DNA from: an uncultured virus (IMG/VR IMGVR_UViG_3300032136_000003)
Lineage: Duplodnaviria > Heunggongvirae > Uroviricota > Caudoviricetes
IMG/VR virus record: IMGVR_UViG_3300032136_000003
Direction: 5' to 3' (one strand)
Length of the DNA stretch: 64,000 nucleotides
The notes beneath the pieces were generated by a model that was not told where the DNA came from, did no database searches, and worked only from the letters and a program-made list of their open reading frames with translations. Below, piece by piece: positions 48,601-55,711 of this stretch (its first letter is position 1; each line of letters starts with the position of its first letter). Both the position numbers and the translations under genes were made by a program.

Positions 48601-50321
48601 GTGGCAACCATTTCGAAAAGTGTCAACGCTGTGTCAGCTATCTTTCCGGGGATGCTGGTGGGACGAGATGCTTCTATCTCAGCGAGGCGAGCTATATCGG
48701 TGGCTATTTCATCAACACCAGCCATCTCACGACCACGCCTATCCAAGATAACTTGATTGTCACCTTCAACAAGCGTGCCCTCGCCAGCTGGGTTTGTTCC
48801 ACCGTATACTGATTTTACTAATCTTGTGTGTTCTGAGAGACTCTGTCCCGATAAAGCAAGATGCCCTTGCTGTGCCGCTGACTTAATGCCAAGCGGAATA
48901 GCAAAGGATATTGCTTCTACCATGAACTGCTCTTTGTCAGGCCACATGTTTGACCAAGCGTCGGCTAACTGGCCTCGGTCTGTATCACCCTCTAATCCTA
49001 AAAGTCCTCTAGTAAATCCACCTACACGCTCTTCAAGTATTTCTTCTGCCCAGCCGTCGTAACCAGCTTTAGCCCAACGCTTTGCAACTGTGTCTAAGTC
49101 GCCCCCAGCACTCAACCAATCCACGGCCATTTTAACGCCGGCAGAAGTCGCCAGCTTTTCTTTCAAATAAGCCACTTTTCCCAGAGGCCCTTTGACTGCG
49201 GTGCTTGCTGCCTTTCCGGCAACGTCTGCGGCTTCCGTGCCAGCCTTTCCTAATACGCGGTCAAACATCTTAGCAAGACTTAACCCGCCCTCGCGTCCAG
49301 TGAGTTTACCCAATTTACCAGCCACAGGCCCTACCAACGCCCCACTGATCATTTCACCACTGGCTTCTGAATAATACTCAATCCAACGGTCAGCCATGGC
49401 CATCATCTGGGCGCTGCGCACTGTAAGGTCATCGCCCTCTATAGCAGCTTGTATCAATCTTTCCTCAGCACCGCGGGACGCCATAGCGTCTCTACCCATA
49501 GCCGTGTTAGCTAGCGCGTTGACGCCTGTATCGGCGAGCGCTGTGAATGTTCCCACCTCAGCAAGTTTTATAGCACCCTTAGTCAATGCCGCGGTGTACT
49601 CAGCGCCTGCGGCTTTTGTCAAATATTTAAGGGCTGCTTTGGCCGCTTTGTTGGACGCTTTCTTTGTCAAACCTTTTTTGACTCCAGCACGTAGCGCACC
49701 GCCGGTGACTTTGAAAATACCAGCGGCCAAACCACCGCCGGATCCAACAGCCGTTGTTACGGGGTCTGGTGATATAGCTCCGATAGCAGTACCTGCAGCG
49801 GTGTAAGCTGCGATCTCGGCCATAAAACCAGGCATGGCCCTTGTTACATCACCAACCTTGCCGCCCAAAGTAGCCTGGCCTTTGCGCTCGGCATCCGCGA
49901 GATACAACTGGGCATATAAGGCCTCCTGATCGCTGATAGGAGACCCCTCATCAAGTTTCCGGAACGTATTCGCTATATTACGCATCTCCCTAATAGGGAT
50001 CAGGCTGCCCACAATGTCACCTACAAAAGGCGCGTCAGCGCTTGAAATATCAGATAGAGCTTCCACGAAACCTCTCGGACCTCTTTGCTGGCTCTTAAGA
50101 ACATCTAGATATTCCTTGCCGCCGTCGAGAGCTGATATCTGATTAGGGGATAGGTGGACTCCGCTGAGCATACGCACGTTATCTGGTGAGGCCACCCACT
50201 TGTCAGAGATCGCCGAAGGCAATTGGGGCGCTGCGTAAGCATCTTCTGAAGATAGAGGAATCGAATTGTCGACGGGCACGGCACTAGAACTATCGAGATA
50301 AGAACTCAAATCTATGGGCAT
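33699..50321 (-). CDS. 5540-aa virion protein: two-barrel RNA polymerase + RecD/Dda-like helicase + lysozyme-like domain
   Basis: SDG (about 44375), RIP (about 43000), GGDYDGD (DYDGD at 42873-42887); GYAGTGKTT, IIIDESSMV, VGD.YQ..PV, AHKSQGS, YTAITR; FEG...DD.G..AIGPG; AAGGAG SD. Confidence 0.85.
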   Translation of the reverse strand: MPIDLSSYLDSSSAVPVDNSIPLSSEDAYAAPQLPSAISDKWVASPDNVRMLSGVHLSPNQISALDGGKEYLDVLKSQQRGPRGFVEALSDISSADAPFVGDIVGSLIPIREMRNIANTFRKLDEGSPISDQEALYAQLYLADAERKGQATLGGKVGDVTRAMPGFMAEIAAYTAAGTAIGAISPDPVTTAVGSGGGLAAGIFKVTGGALRAGVKKGLTKKASNKAAKAALKYLTKAAGAEYTAALTKGAIKLAEVGTFTALADTGVNALANTAMGRDAMASRGAEERLIQAAIEGDDLTVRSAQMMAMADRWIEYYSEASGEMISGALVGPVAGKLGKLTGREGGLSLAKMFDRVLGKAGTEAADVAGKAASTAVKGPLGKVAYLKEKLATSAGVKMAVDWLSAGGDLDTVAKRWAKAGYDGWAEEILEERVGGFTRGLLGLEGDTDRGQLADAWSNMWPDKEQFMVEAISFAIPLGIKSAAQQGHLALSGQSLSEHTRLVKSVYGGTNPAGEGTLVEGDNQVILDRRGREMAGVDEIATDIARLAEIEASRPTSIPGKIADTALTLFEMVATGQFINHPRYSTADQKIGFDGKTAFVSMYTQVNQRLKDNMLKKGVSEEDATKQAAVLAKESVMEAIAMARKTFQVKGRVYDALKESGEDLNGLSYEDLRDKLNALTLDNDSPLVRVPLDSERHYWALRNQKNPIADAVDANREAIATVLGKHGLRAGVVDVDALASAQAVADSKEPADLDRVRMTPDELPGFDLTPEELDFIINNPFSEQAWDLAISQGIRLTDEASKDGMLSGVDQLVESAKRYQDFVAKGKIGEFYTKQDADGNDEVVTIKPAGKGQVRIQGWNPAGAASVSDISSATNVMSLEDARSKLSQRGFEGRLNADRSYRLTLPNQVSSKNPRLLANLFDYGAMSGSTDKAAEKYVKDTLLGRQDSDGNWFISIGALNSANKIATSLDAGGYSMWEDSGESALKNLDLAVNGYSSRYKNPPAVARFITNAYRAISERSDAGDYKALIKLLKDSDNIEAAIKLFGYAVMGYDQVPGNAPFRKEIGQLKEALSTVPGIDAFISEMAGVWGMLTSRDGVTSVDLTEAMWNANPLLNVQARALIADRVAAAVKNAQQPTVEKAAKDAEAGKPKAEAKKQVKRSEPDLDDQLPGLLPQGDRGQAPKAEAPKAEAPKAEAPKAKKAAPKKAAPKKAAPKKAAPKKAEAKKPAPQEPEPEVGLAPAPEIAEVAPKEAPAPKVIDNAASLVGKEDAENKAAADLLDKIFGGSASIAPSEDVLSAIEAKVEQAKVIINAAPPDDKLAALQAVAEANLFADNTPEEKAAAGALLADFMAIERNLEAPPVPGEYAKELYRDLSAVEELIRIADHKKKEAKSDETAVAPGASFVQEKNDKAADEGITIERSHEDQDAQNMKNVEALGALAAVFEQTLGPGYGYGALERLTQTESSWNALHKALLSTENMKAYLSEDSPDMLPEERAFKDIVIVSNKVALEQDENSKGVNMGYLNAKLRVARSWVYVPAAQGVVNMTDGEIELETTGSKTAAPMLIKRAETHRDRLIGSPKVMGEIVAMYEKVENDANLAPRERLTEDSVISRLKKDPAWASDYFDFLARWTGAPKTLFSSAAKNATGLKRLSGLSKTIEYHFGVARQKNLITSESQYKRGQAITKAMNDNWIGVQQSNKGQPNAVLIADAANMPNWVIPTFKANSGKGFTPLRGTNGFLEGVKAFAKELDIPFHEAILFVPEFSINKFTHIKASELYKNPVAYATVRDMMWKHGYVHTGSLGDKDSSYWLKLPKTNLAELVSLYEKEYNDPNRMRIEAAALISPADMRDMQKEFNNAKGVDSIKTFDIARQMHYAYYGLKFDTAMSGSLRAYVSTEVGKISKSLLMTMGELSTALTEAENLESIPIVQKMLATKSKRDGNQLTGATLTLEGLPDMLKELDPDRSGDNLRVAFVDMNDVHGNSDGQYFFSGNVGRALAKMLSEEHAGSTESAYSLKMQISGAFKDLAHLDKMNGVNIEELAASNRGAEGTVSPTDKALKEFMDHFGIDFIVPTSNMKVPSKESFGLPNITDYRIGDVINKDGLMGLDALTESGEDLNGLSYEAIRDKLLAAMAPRVSKFIQEMNPKNFRVPQVLHGDTYAKYKRAARQIQAIMLDVPHAMATPIIDLMARYSDVAGQSLMPTREELTQVAIKALEARDPLLAESLRNGSRSIVSPDVISKTQVLRAVVSSVEFKTRRAMGQNIAEFAAKKANILTEYNQNITVADNGLIDRKNNVVMSAVMDGNISGVRPAIYGARGKAFEGREDIIGFVKNSFRFNFNRSNGDALLKTPNDYYKFESPEGKAARLPYADLFVSETEGRAAAPNEIAFTEEDGIPWIPAGAPIVQLDSKGRPILDASIIRDAIRQLDNGEWVLLGGTVLDVRIPSVDLASGQVARLRNNIGNKKSNLVRLADERYKYSGGDYDGDATHMIVAGDFYTDTKEGISNRVVRLMIEAYNDVDVATWSTMSIEDVNKKFGIYGAEATEEAMKKRTAPLKLNSDEYTVDTMVKGRAGSDVLAIAAKSGTTVRLLNAAGAYLMDTENPIIVATDDGETLVIRRSFRDVEAIRTDRNAWNREQLGMYLASSGIVNLDVDDPKLRQVADMGLTALVQSMLIPAIAWDADTLNPEAGGDYNHKVEFEAAANRAISLMKTLASSELIQAVDKASNDGAQMLTPDGKQKSVATLMYDIAENMLTDEERKRLDEAKITAVAEVLDDPEDVKKAEKQATKDFLKNKSQFAGIIRLYEASVDIRKMGQINDLMFGSPKLESLGVIMNSLKTASKWVNEDILRDGGEITFVDKGEDSALAAPVRVLASKLKDTLPSALYSATDNGSMLYSWKQSASDSARHGDVSIETHLKNVAGLIALRHMVNNSGISDLNPMFNASRLNDLIAEYPENTFLQLVTESREVTNALRLQPLYEGSAGIQLTEPELLRVQKDFDALPRELQLELFINGVASYGSVAGTYIGSFVPFTGGPESQFRKDLTKAELSVHNDWFRNMDIEGSDWAAALAGTMAVSNVTAYNRRRIAATAMFSDLGLNFVKGSGIDAGNVIYLESEAGAKSGSEPDLDSQNLDSEGDPFTSKKANKNLNAIIQEKYDTTSIFDASEKVAQLLGVTPKGKAAVAVTSRANLEDGISGQAAAALDAMEFEATPEFFEAPEGLDLDADVGVEPDLEGEFEPPPTGSVFGRGEAAPKAVAGGMSDALRAIASAPQEGEEALDQGDVAALLPELTVTDWNLLSEAAGQPVNEENFFDVADNAVVLGKLRRAEAAPKDPELARAEQVNQEAEDILKADADSAIGSGEAPAAAVNQATAPVEKLNPTREEADALDSNILTARRDTLLPTVEQAEALQAIAEFLKSDAAEAELVGYAGTGKTTMMENVVRHQQYLDPSVSVSIWALSNQATNIVRGKMEANGVSADISTIHKGLFGEKDPETDKWVPRGLTEGSFIIIDESSMVDKDLYETIKSETAKVGARVLYVGDNYQIEPVGAPSFVLHVNKSPIPSTFKTTLSGVMRQASDSDVLVMATKTRQDNVPSIPVGAGTEQFKIYDTAQDQKFIRDYQDDVKRDSEQTIMVTATNRQRNMYNRYARKALFGADANNMLNEGDRLMGVANAVGVSNSELFTVTEAPASESDEYEFTVQATKGSGKYKKDITVPVKRVTAQINTLGEGGPRRVTMYFVTAMDIPSLYHPDILKGISRETLIKLMDKGDIKKDKEGKLGVSKKLVIATYGYAVTAHKSQGSQWETVYVDQDYVAPSWNAGRWYYTAITRTSDKVKLLHRPGVYRELDMETARSEVVSEAPQIIERPGTTSASIVDAKSAVQAKSRAAYEYARVRGNYGESIPRPMPESARNDMRFFNAEIKAHAERFDRIRTDKNRKPELITRDLTREISRDRIGGLSQADTRLYTNRLKPLISTKEAAAPARQVAPVQQPLFSPTPSGVEIAATGETTASIRELVAAGLIATAVTPTMDARGKVGNPIESVKQLNMEQAAAARIASFEGRTGRNMSAYDDLGTPAIGPGIRLFDKRKAEIEKITGASFEDLKSGKKSITEAEYDALLNHFTKKYIAKARKDIAGFDKLSTERQVAIVDLYHWSVLPGFKNMLEAINEGDFVMAQLELRDSKLYRRSDMAGLRARVENTMDIFDRTYDGTGKRTSNIWADRAKSRDQLVSWHMKQKAIKLGEKEQAAMEHAKKEGKNKVAIEAAKIKSAWDKALVGYKAAPTFEAARASLMAIKDQKIYGMDNATILSLLEHAANNVPRMQTARMSDHNIIPHKIPPYAMVQEAGDSDYVDGTVSASVLNAAEVLNSIIAPSLIGGSNALHRILMKEQGKLSAILAEESAHYTKIIHEWALGDGGQVRAFITEKTKIDLKGNRGEGPELTRTTHASGATRNKLTEDERKLAEVVQAAAMASMEHATKDGKTDHKAALEVAHVITGIFTENDKSIYDVFPKEIADQLLEAKKKVMAGIKMDGKSRPEQLARDRAVARALHAAGIGIYQKVPINVGDADYRADATETLANGQEEDSNWRPTKMNWMVPVSMIDKYFRSSSYRQKLLDAGRDPKRMDIAELARETSERLENLYKEVTTDLPWFVSPDAPYLWHRENYVTHYKGIGFLGTEEKAARLALEKNIQAVLEKNMESHRLTLAASKEASGRVRSLTDASYKMLKFAFGLKGLHFKNEGQAISEIRSGAHKDIGLTPDMDYADLANFIHGEVYDRLLARLANAQKTLDDPIKLADGDMLEHPLALAKATGEMMVDFKNRGYSNRTKTRKYSTYEDAYMLGGYRPDSIGANEMLHKYASDIMTSTANRAMINQMLLTTDAANTPLVIPSPNLNYAGENLVTDVTWEAVAQNLSRYLGKPLDKTQSAKWNIDQMVQDHFVKNKGYTRVESPYPSVNAFYTIHRGRGGENILDAAMAGGEVAGILKHVFETPWQDPYGALKGIERANAWMKMGALQFSLFFPIAGLESLTALSHGEFWRQGGLKMLLEFEEAIKSEHPYVVELMKKGRKIGITYSDSSHPLSLPRGILEKDIAKMTDWVLTNIGKKAADNFEMIAKLPLKQTEIVFDSFFNSAKLWAAHFMAQKLEAEAEAAGLPFDFEEDMAPYVNYINGELGGVNWNKMSYMTPTWRRNLSLLMFSPNWSISAWRAAGGELLTGAFSKTYLSDQEFKHIMFRRWPTMMLGVITLVPAMVQALAYTAGRAFGPPDDDDEFFMFNNEEGRKFSADITPLVRNLPFYKGYPTGERRTYIRWGKQAYEIKRWLDTPWGSLTGKLSQPARWAIEQATGESAGGGGWELEFKDMGLAGLIMSEDGGFMGSRAGYTVQKFMPFSILAWSKHPDAAPFQLLGPTSKGISFRGATEAYTGLLETWAKAGGTDNIYKNKKVKANLEALGPAILDAANRNGYDGEKVLKSARGVVMKELYAKLYRAIDGNDKVSTEKWSRAILRVNGTIRSTQRSMKSRNFLYGKPRKLTDQQKEWIEDAFRNP
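46647..46784 (-). repeat. 15-nt coding tandem repeats (KAEAP / KKAAP)
   Basis: Encodes (PKAEA)3 then (KKAAP)4 in the giant ORF. Confidence 0.85.
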
Positions 50322-50347
50322 TTGTTCTCCTTAAATTAGGTTGACTA

Positions 50348-50376
50348 AAGGTATAATTTTTTAGGCCTTATGTCAA
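50348..50376 (-). promoter_or_regulatory. sigma70-like promoter of the giant gene
   Basis: Minus strand TTGACA-17 nt-TACCTT, inside an inverted repeat TTGACTAAAGG...CCTTATGTCAA. Confidence 0.6.
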
Positions 50377-50402
50377 TGAAAATAGAAGATAAGCGTGAAT
50401 AT

Positions 50403-52883
50403 TTATTCAGCCAGATCCCGTTTGAGTTCTCTATCTAGTGTTTTCTGTTCTACGTAGGTTTTATTTTTGACATCTTCTTGGGCCAGCTTCCTCTCAGCCA
50501 TCTCCCGGTCCTGCCGCATCTTCAATTCGGACTGCTCAAACTTCTTTATCTTCAAGACGTCGTCGATCGACATACCGCCAACAACGGCTCTGCTGACTAT
50601 TTTAGGATTACCCCCCAAGGCCTGCAGGGCTACAGCTTCCTCTTTGCTCACGCGGCGGTTAGGCTTGATCCCCCCAGCAGACACATTAGAGCTTATGTTT
50701 TTGGCGATGGCCTCGCTATTGTTAACCAGCACGTCGTACCTAGAAGCCCTTATATTTCTGAGTTTCTTCTGAGCACTGTAGAAATTCTGTTGCGCTGGGG
50801 CCATCTCACCCTCAAAAACAATATCAAATAGCTTAGCGAGATCTTGCGGATCATCATAATTATAGTCAACGCCACCTATTTTGGCCCCAGAGCTCTTTCT
50901 AGCTCCGCTAGTCTCAACTATGAAACCTCCGGTAGAGTCGATAGTGAGCGCTCCGGAATCCCATAAAGATCGGGCCGCGTCAGCCCCAATTCGGTTGGGA
51001 TCTGTTATGTCGGTCTCCAGTTCTTTTGGGAGCGTCAGCTGTGTTATGTCTTGGAAGCGCTCTCTAAGCGCAGCTGCTGCAGCAAAACCCGGCCCTATGG
51101 CTTTCTGCAACCATGGATTGCTATCATTGGCTTTGTTTGCCGCAGTCATTACGATGGTGCGTACCTGCGGATCGATATCCGCTATAGCTGAAAGCGGTAT
51201 TGTTCCAGCACCAGGTACAGTCACTTTGATGGACTGCAGCAGAGCTAGTTTCTCGGCTGGTTTCTTATTTATGGATTTTATTAGGAAGTCCGTAATAGAA
51301 CCCGTTATCTCAGAAGCCGCATCCGTCATCCCCTCTTTAGCACGTAACACGGCCGCAGCGCCTGCGGACTGACCCGTAAGAGAATAAGGGTCTAATTTAC
51401 TTACGCGAAGGACCCGAGCCTCCTCAGTTTCTCCCTGCGGAGTTTCTTGGCCCCCATATGATTCCAATGTTTTTAAAGCGGTATCCTGGGCTGGTGTAAG
51501 AGGCTGCACCTTGGATAGGCTCCTCAAAGCACGCACCGCAAAAGACCTCTTGTCAGCCAACGGGGTCTCGGAATCCAGGGCGCTACCTAATGAGTACGTG
51601 AAATCGGCTACCCCCTTTGCGGCGTCCGGAGGCGCCCCACCCATCAACGCGGAGGACGCTGCGTTATATTCCGCTGTCGCCGCCGTCACATTGCTATCCA
51701 CGGCATCTATCCCTGGAATACCTTCTGTGTACTGAGACCCCACGCCAAGGCCGGTTATAGCCGCGGCAAGCACCGCCTTATTCTTGCTCTGAAAAGCAGT
51801 GAGCACGCTATTGTCACCCGTCATAGTATTTAACTTGTTATGCAATACGCTTAGCGCGTTATTGCGTTGAGTCTCATCTCTGTTGGAATAGAGTCCAGAT
51901 TCATATCGGGCTAAAACCCCAACAGCAGCCCCAAAATCACTGTCTACTTCGGACAAGTTGCGGAGAGACCCCGTAAGTTCGGACTGCTTAGTAACCCCCA
52001 ACAATATATCTTGGTTAGATAACCCCTGTCTAGCCCCGCCCTCATATGACGCGAAGTCGGCCAAAGCCTCCGCCGCCCCCTGAGTCTTTATTTGATTCAT
52101 GATAGCTACGGTTCTGCTAGAGATATCCTTGGCATCTTCGACCGATATGGTCTCACCTCGGGCCTTCATACCCTCCCTAAATTTCATTTGAAGACCTTCG
52201 AACCCCTTAGTAAATACCTCGTCAGAAACGCCGATAGATCCCAAATTCATTTGGGTGATAGTCATCTGACTCGCTAACGCAGAAACGGTCTGCTCATCAG
52301 GGGCCGCAGCCTGGTCACCGCCTATAGTAAGAGCACTAGAGGCAAGCGTTTTAAAATCACGGTATCTATTGACCATGGATGTGGCCACAGTACCGTCTCT
52401 CTTAGCAGGGCCGTTGAAGAACTTGCCATAGGCAACCCCGTCCGGATTATTGGTTGGATCCATGAACCCAGCCTCTATCTGCTTTCCAATATCCATAGGC
52501 AATCCGTGGTTAGCGTACAAACCAGAAGCCGTCCTAGAGCTCATTAAGTCTTCTATACGCACGGGCTGCCCGTCTATGACCACGCCTCTAGCCTGAGTCC
52601 TAAATCCAAGCGGGCTAAGCTGAGAAAATCGATCCGCTTTCTCTACCTCACCGAGCTGTTTGTACGACCTCTCAGCGTGGTTTAACCTACGACGCATGCC
52701 AGATGGTTTAACAACTTTTTCTTCAAAAGCAAGCATACGCTTGTAGTTCGAAACTACTCCGGGAAGGTCGCCGCCACTGAGAGACTTCTCATAATCAGTG
52801 TGAACCTGTTTCATATAAGCAAAAGCATCTTTGTCGGAAATCAACCCTCGTCGCGCCTCTGGTATGGTATTGTCATCAGGCAT
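50403..52883 (-). CDS. probable internal virion (ejected) protein
   Basis: 826 aa, Ala-rich helical, directly upstream of the giant protein. Confidence 0.55.
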   Translation of the reverse strand: MPDDNTIPEARRGLISDKDAFAYMKQVHTDYEKSLSGGDLPGVVSNYKRMLAFEEKVVKPSGMRRRLNHAERSYKQLGEVEKADRFSQLSPLGFRTQARGVVIDGQPVRIEDLMSSRTASGLYANHGLPMDIGKQIEAGFMDPTNNPDGVAYGKFFNGPAKRDGTVATSMVNRYRDFKTLASSALTIGGDQAAAPDEQTVSALASQMTITQMNLGSIGVSDEVFTKGFEGLQMKFREGMKARGETISVEDAKDISSRTVAIMNQIKTQGAAEALADFASYEGGARQGLSNQDILLGVTKQSELTGSLRNLSEVDSDFGAAVGVLARYESGLYSNRDETQRNNALSVLHNKLNTMTGDNSVLTAFQSKNKAVLAAAITGLGVGSQYTEGIPGIDAVDSNVTAATAEYNAASSALMGGAPPDAAKGVADFTYSLGSALDSETPLADKRSFAVRALRSLSKVQPLTPAQDTALKTLESYGGQETPQGETEEARVLRVSKLDPYSLTGQSAGAAAVLRAKEGMTDAASEITGSITDFLIKSINKKPAEKLALLQSIKVTVPGAGTIPLSAIADIDPQVRTIVMTAANKANDSNPWLQKAIGPGFAAAAALRERFQDITQLTLPKELETDITDPNRIGADAARSLWDSGALTIDSTGGFIVETSGARKSSGAKIGGVDYNYDDPQDLAKLFDIVFEGEMAPAQQNFYSAQKKLRNIRASRYDVLVNNSEAIAKNISSNVSAGGIKPNRRVSKEEAVALQALGGNPKIVSRAVVGGMSIDDVLKIKKFEQSELKMRQDREMAERKLAQEDVKNKTYVEQKTLDRELKRDLAE

Positions 52884-53404
52884 TATTTACCCCTATTTTG
52901 TAGTTTTTCAATCAGCGTGTCTATCCCCTCAAGATCCTTACCAGATGAGTTAACCGGTTCTTTTGGAGGGGGTAATAAAGAAGTTGTACCAGTGAGGTCT
53001 TTGGGTACTGGATAATACAGACTCCGTCCCATAGTGGCACTGAAATCTGAGAGCACATCGAAGTCCACGTCTACTACGTTTGCCGGGTTACCAATCCCCG
53101 CACTGTCTACGAGGTCTCCGTAACCAGCACCAGATTCAGCGTCGGCGCGCGTTTTTATCAGGGCTCGAGTCTTCATGGCGCTTAGCATAAGGCGATCGGC
53201 AGCCAAATCATTAGCCAAAGTCTGACCTTTTACGCGAGCCTTGGATTCCTCGCCCCGCTGCTTGAGCTGTGCGTAGTTAAAGAATGCGTCAGTCACCCCG
53301 GCTGTCATACGATCAGCGCGAGCCTGATCCGCTTGGTCCAGCTGTCTATTCTTCAAAGCGACATCAATTCCTGGATGTCTTTCAGGCCCTCCAAAATCTG
53401 GCAT
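52883..53404 (-). CDS. probable internal virion protein
   Basis: AGGAG SD; position in ejected-protein block. Confidence 0.5.
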   Translation of the reverse strand: MPDFGGPERHPGIDVALKNRQLDQADQARADRMTAGVTDAFFNYAQLKQRGEESKARVKGQTLANDLAADRLMLSAMKTRALIKTRADAESGAGYGDLVDSAGIGNPANVVDVDFDVLSDFSATMGRSLYYPVPKDLTGTTSLLPPPKEPVNSSGKDLEGIDTLIEKLQNRGK

Positions 53405-53417
53405 ATCTATCTCCTAA

Positions 53418-54635
53418 TTAACTAAACGCACTGCCGAGGGAACCGCCCACTTGAGCGCCCACTCCAGCCCCCGCGCCCCCAGTGGCCCACGCGCCGACTC
53501 CAGCGCCGATAAGCGAACCAGCTATCTGACCCCACGGAGTTTTTCCGCCTTGACCAGCCATAGCCAACGCTTGTTGGTTCTGCTGGTAGTTCATCTGATT
53601 CCAGTATTGCTGTGACGAATACTGGGTTCCGAATTGCAATTGGTTCTGTATCTGGCTACCGGCGTTGCTTACTACTTGTGCCGCAGTACTATATGCAGAT
53701 GTAGCGTTAACGGTACCAGCACCAGCGAGCAAGTTCAACTGACCCCCATACAACGCCCCGGCGTCCACTTGAGGAGCTCGGTACGCAGACAGCAAGTTAG
53801 TCAAAGCTGTTCCCGTTGCTACGGGCATCTGAAGTGTCTGGTTAACTGTCGCATACCCCGATGGAGCCAAATTCAACGCGGACGGAGCGGCCTGCAATCC
53901 AGCCATCTGTAGGTCCAGACTTTTTATACCTAAGTCACGAGTGGTCAGGTACTGGGCCGCTTGGCCTCTAACACCTATTTGGCCCGCTATTTCGGCTGCG
54001 TGGATTTTCAATTGCTGTCCCACATCGTCTGGTACTTGACCGTCAAGCATAGAGCTCACCATCCCAAGGGCTTGTATACTCATCTCATCGATGCTGTCCA
54101 ACAGACCAGGCATAACTTTGTCTCTAAATCTCTTGGTCAAGGCGATAGAGTCACCCTGAGCTTCGGCTCCGGCAAAGGAAATTTGATCTCTCCAATCAGG
54201 ATATAGATCATCCAAGGCCACGTTAAACTCGTCACGCATAAAGGCATTTATTTCGGATGCCGCCCCCATGGAAGACTCTCTAGCGAGGGGATCTATCTTG
54301 TCTTCGAATCTCTCTATGTTATTTTCGATCATGCGGGTGACAGATTCTTCACTCTGCAAGACCTGTTGCCTACCGTATTCGGCGGAGAGACGGAAGAGGT
54401 CTTCCATGTTCTGTGTATTCTCAGCGGCGGCCTCGTCCTTAACTACGTCGGCCTTGTAGTTGTCATACCAAGACTGGTTCATGCGGTCACCGCGACCGTA
54501 CCCTAAACCCTCCATCTTTCCGTAGCTTTTAAGTATGCTGGCAGCCTCGGATTCAGATACTCCGAGCTGGCTAACTGTTGTAGCCAAATCATCGTCCCAT
54601 ACTTCGATGCCGTTTACTGTAACTACTGAAGCCAT
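53418..54635 (-). CDS. probable DNA pilot / ejected protein
   Basis: Q/A-rich body, Gly-zipper C-terminus WGQIAGSLIGAGVGAWATGG... Confidence 0.6.
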   Translation of the reverse strand: MASVVTVNGIEVWDDDLATTVSQLGVSESEAASILKSYGKMEGLGYGRGDRMNQSWYDNYKADVVKDEAAAENTQNMEDLFRLSAEYGRQQVLQSEESVTRMIENNIERFEDKIDPLARESSMGAASEINAFMRDEFNVALDDLYPDWRDQISFAGAEAQGDSIALTKRFRDKVMPGLLDSIDEMSIQALGMVSSMLDGQVPDDVGQQLKIHAAEIAGQIGVRGQAAQYLTTRDLGIKSLDLQMAGLQAAPSALNLAPSGYATVNQTLQMPVATGTALTNLLSAYRAPQVDAGALYGGQLNLLAGAGTVNATSAYSTAAQVVSNAGSQIQNQLQFGTQYSSQQYWNQMNYQQNQQALAMAGQGGKTPWGQIAGSLIGAGVGAWATGGAGAGVGAQVGGSLGSAFS

Positions 54636-54643
54636 AATATCTC

Positions 54644-55711
54644 CTAAATGCTAATCCTGCGGTTCTGATACCGACCGAGGCTAGTCCTATAATCTATGTT
54701 AATCATAGCGGGAGTGCCATCAGTCATTGTTCTGGCAGTCTCGCGGTTACCCATAACAAAACGAGCCTTCTGTTCAAACGCAATAGACCCTTCAATGTTG
54801 CCCGAATCTTCTTCTCTTATCGCCATGATCATGAGTTTAAGAGCCTGCAAACTGTCTAAAGGAACAATGTCGTCGTCACCAATCAAAGGTATGTGTCTCA
54901 ACTTTACGAGAGTCAAGATGTTTGTTTGAACGTTTAACGAATGATTGGTAACGTTGTAACGCCTGAATTGAGGAATTGTTTGCTTGGGATGATACTTAGC
55001 CAGCAGGAAGAAATAATCATTCGCTACGTCAACGGCGTACAGTGTTATGTATCCTTTGGTAACTGGCTTGATTACTCTCGACACATCTTGGAAATAGTTT
55101 TCAGTAGTGGTGAAACCTGAGGCTCCAGGACTTCTACGGATCAACCCCTCAGTACCACCGGTCCAACGTTGCACGACGAGTGTCTCACCGCGAACGGTTT
55201 CCGAAACACCAATCTCTGTAGCATCGTGACGGAAGCCTCTGATATTAAGTTCAACATCTACATCATCCTCTTCAGTGCAAAACGCAGCAAGCACCATACC
55301 TTCTGGATAAATAGTTTCGTCAGGTTCACCCTCTAATACGTATTGCTTTGGAACGTCGAACTGTACTGGCCAGTCATCACCCTTGTCTGCAAGGTCTTGG
55401 AAGCAACTGCTAGAGGCACGATAGTCCAAGTCTCCGGGACCGCTGGAAAGGAACTGATAAGCCTGACCAAAGATACGTGCTGGTGTTCCGTTGGTGTCTG
55501 CCCAGAGCAGCTTTTCGACGTTGTACGGAAGGGAGAAAGCCCGATTACAGACTGATATGCGCATGAACTTACGCATACATTCCCAATCCTGATCGTCAAT
55601 CAATCTTTCAAGGGCATCGTTTATCCTCGCGTCTACGAGATCATTATCACATGTGCCGTTGTCAACAAAGCGCCGTACGTAAGCTCTCGCGTCTGCTAAT
55701 GTGTGTAACAT
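54644..55711 (-). CDS. probable head-tail adaptor / tail tubular protein A
   Basis: TLADAR..V...RINDALERL N-terminal pattern; position. Confidence 0.55.
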   Translation of the reverse strand: MLHTLADARAYVRRFVDNGTCDNDLVDARINDALERLIDDQDWECMRKFMRISVCNRAFSLPYNVEKLLWADTNGTPARIFGQAYQFLSSGPGDLDYRASSSCFQDLADKGDDWPVQFDVPKQYVLEGEPDETIYPEGMVLAAFCTEEDDVDVELNIRGFRHDATEIGVSETVRGETLVVQRWTGGTEGLIRRSPGASGFTTTENYFQDVSRVIKPVTKGYITLYAVDVANDYFFLLAKYHPKQTIPQFRRYNVTNHSLNVQTNILTLVKLRHIPLIGDDDIVPLDSLQALKLMIMAIREEDSGNIEGSIAFEQKARFVMGNRETARTMTDGTPAMINIDYRTSLGRYQNRRISI

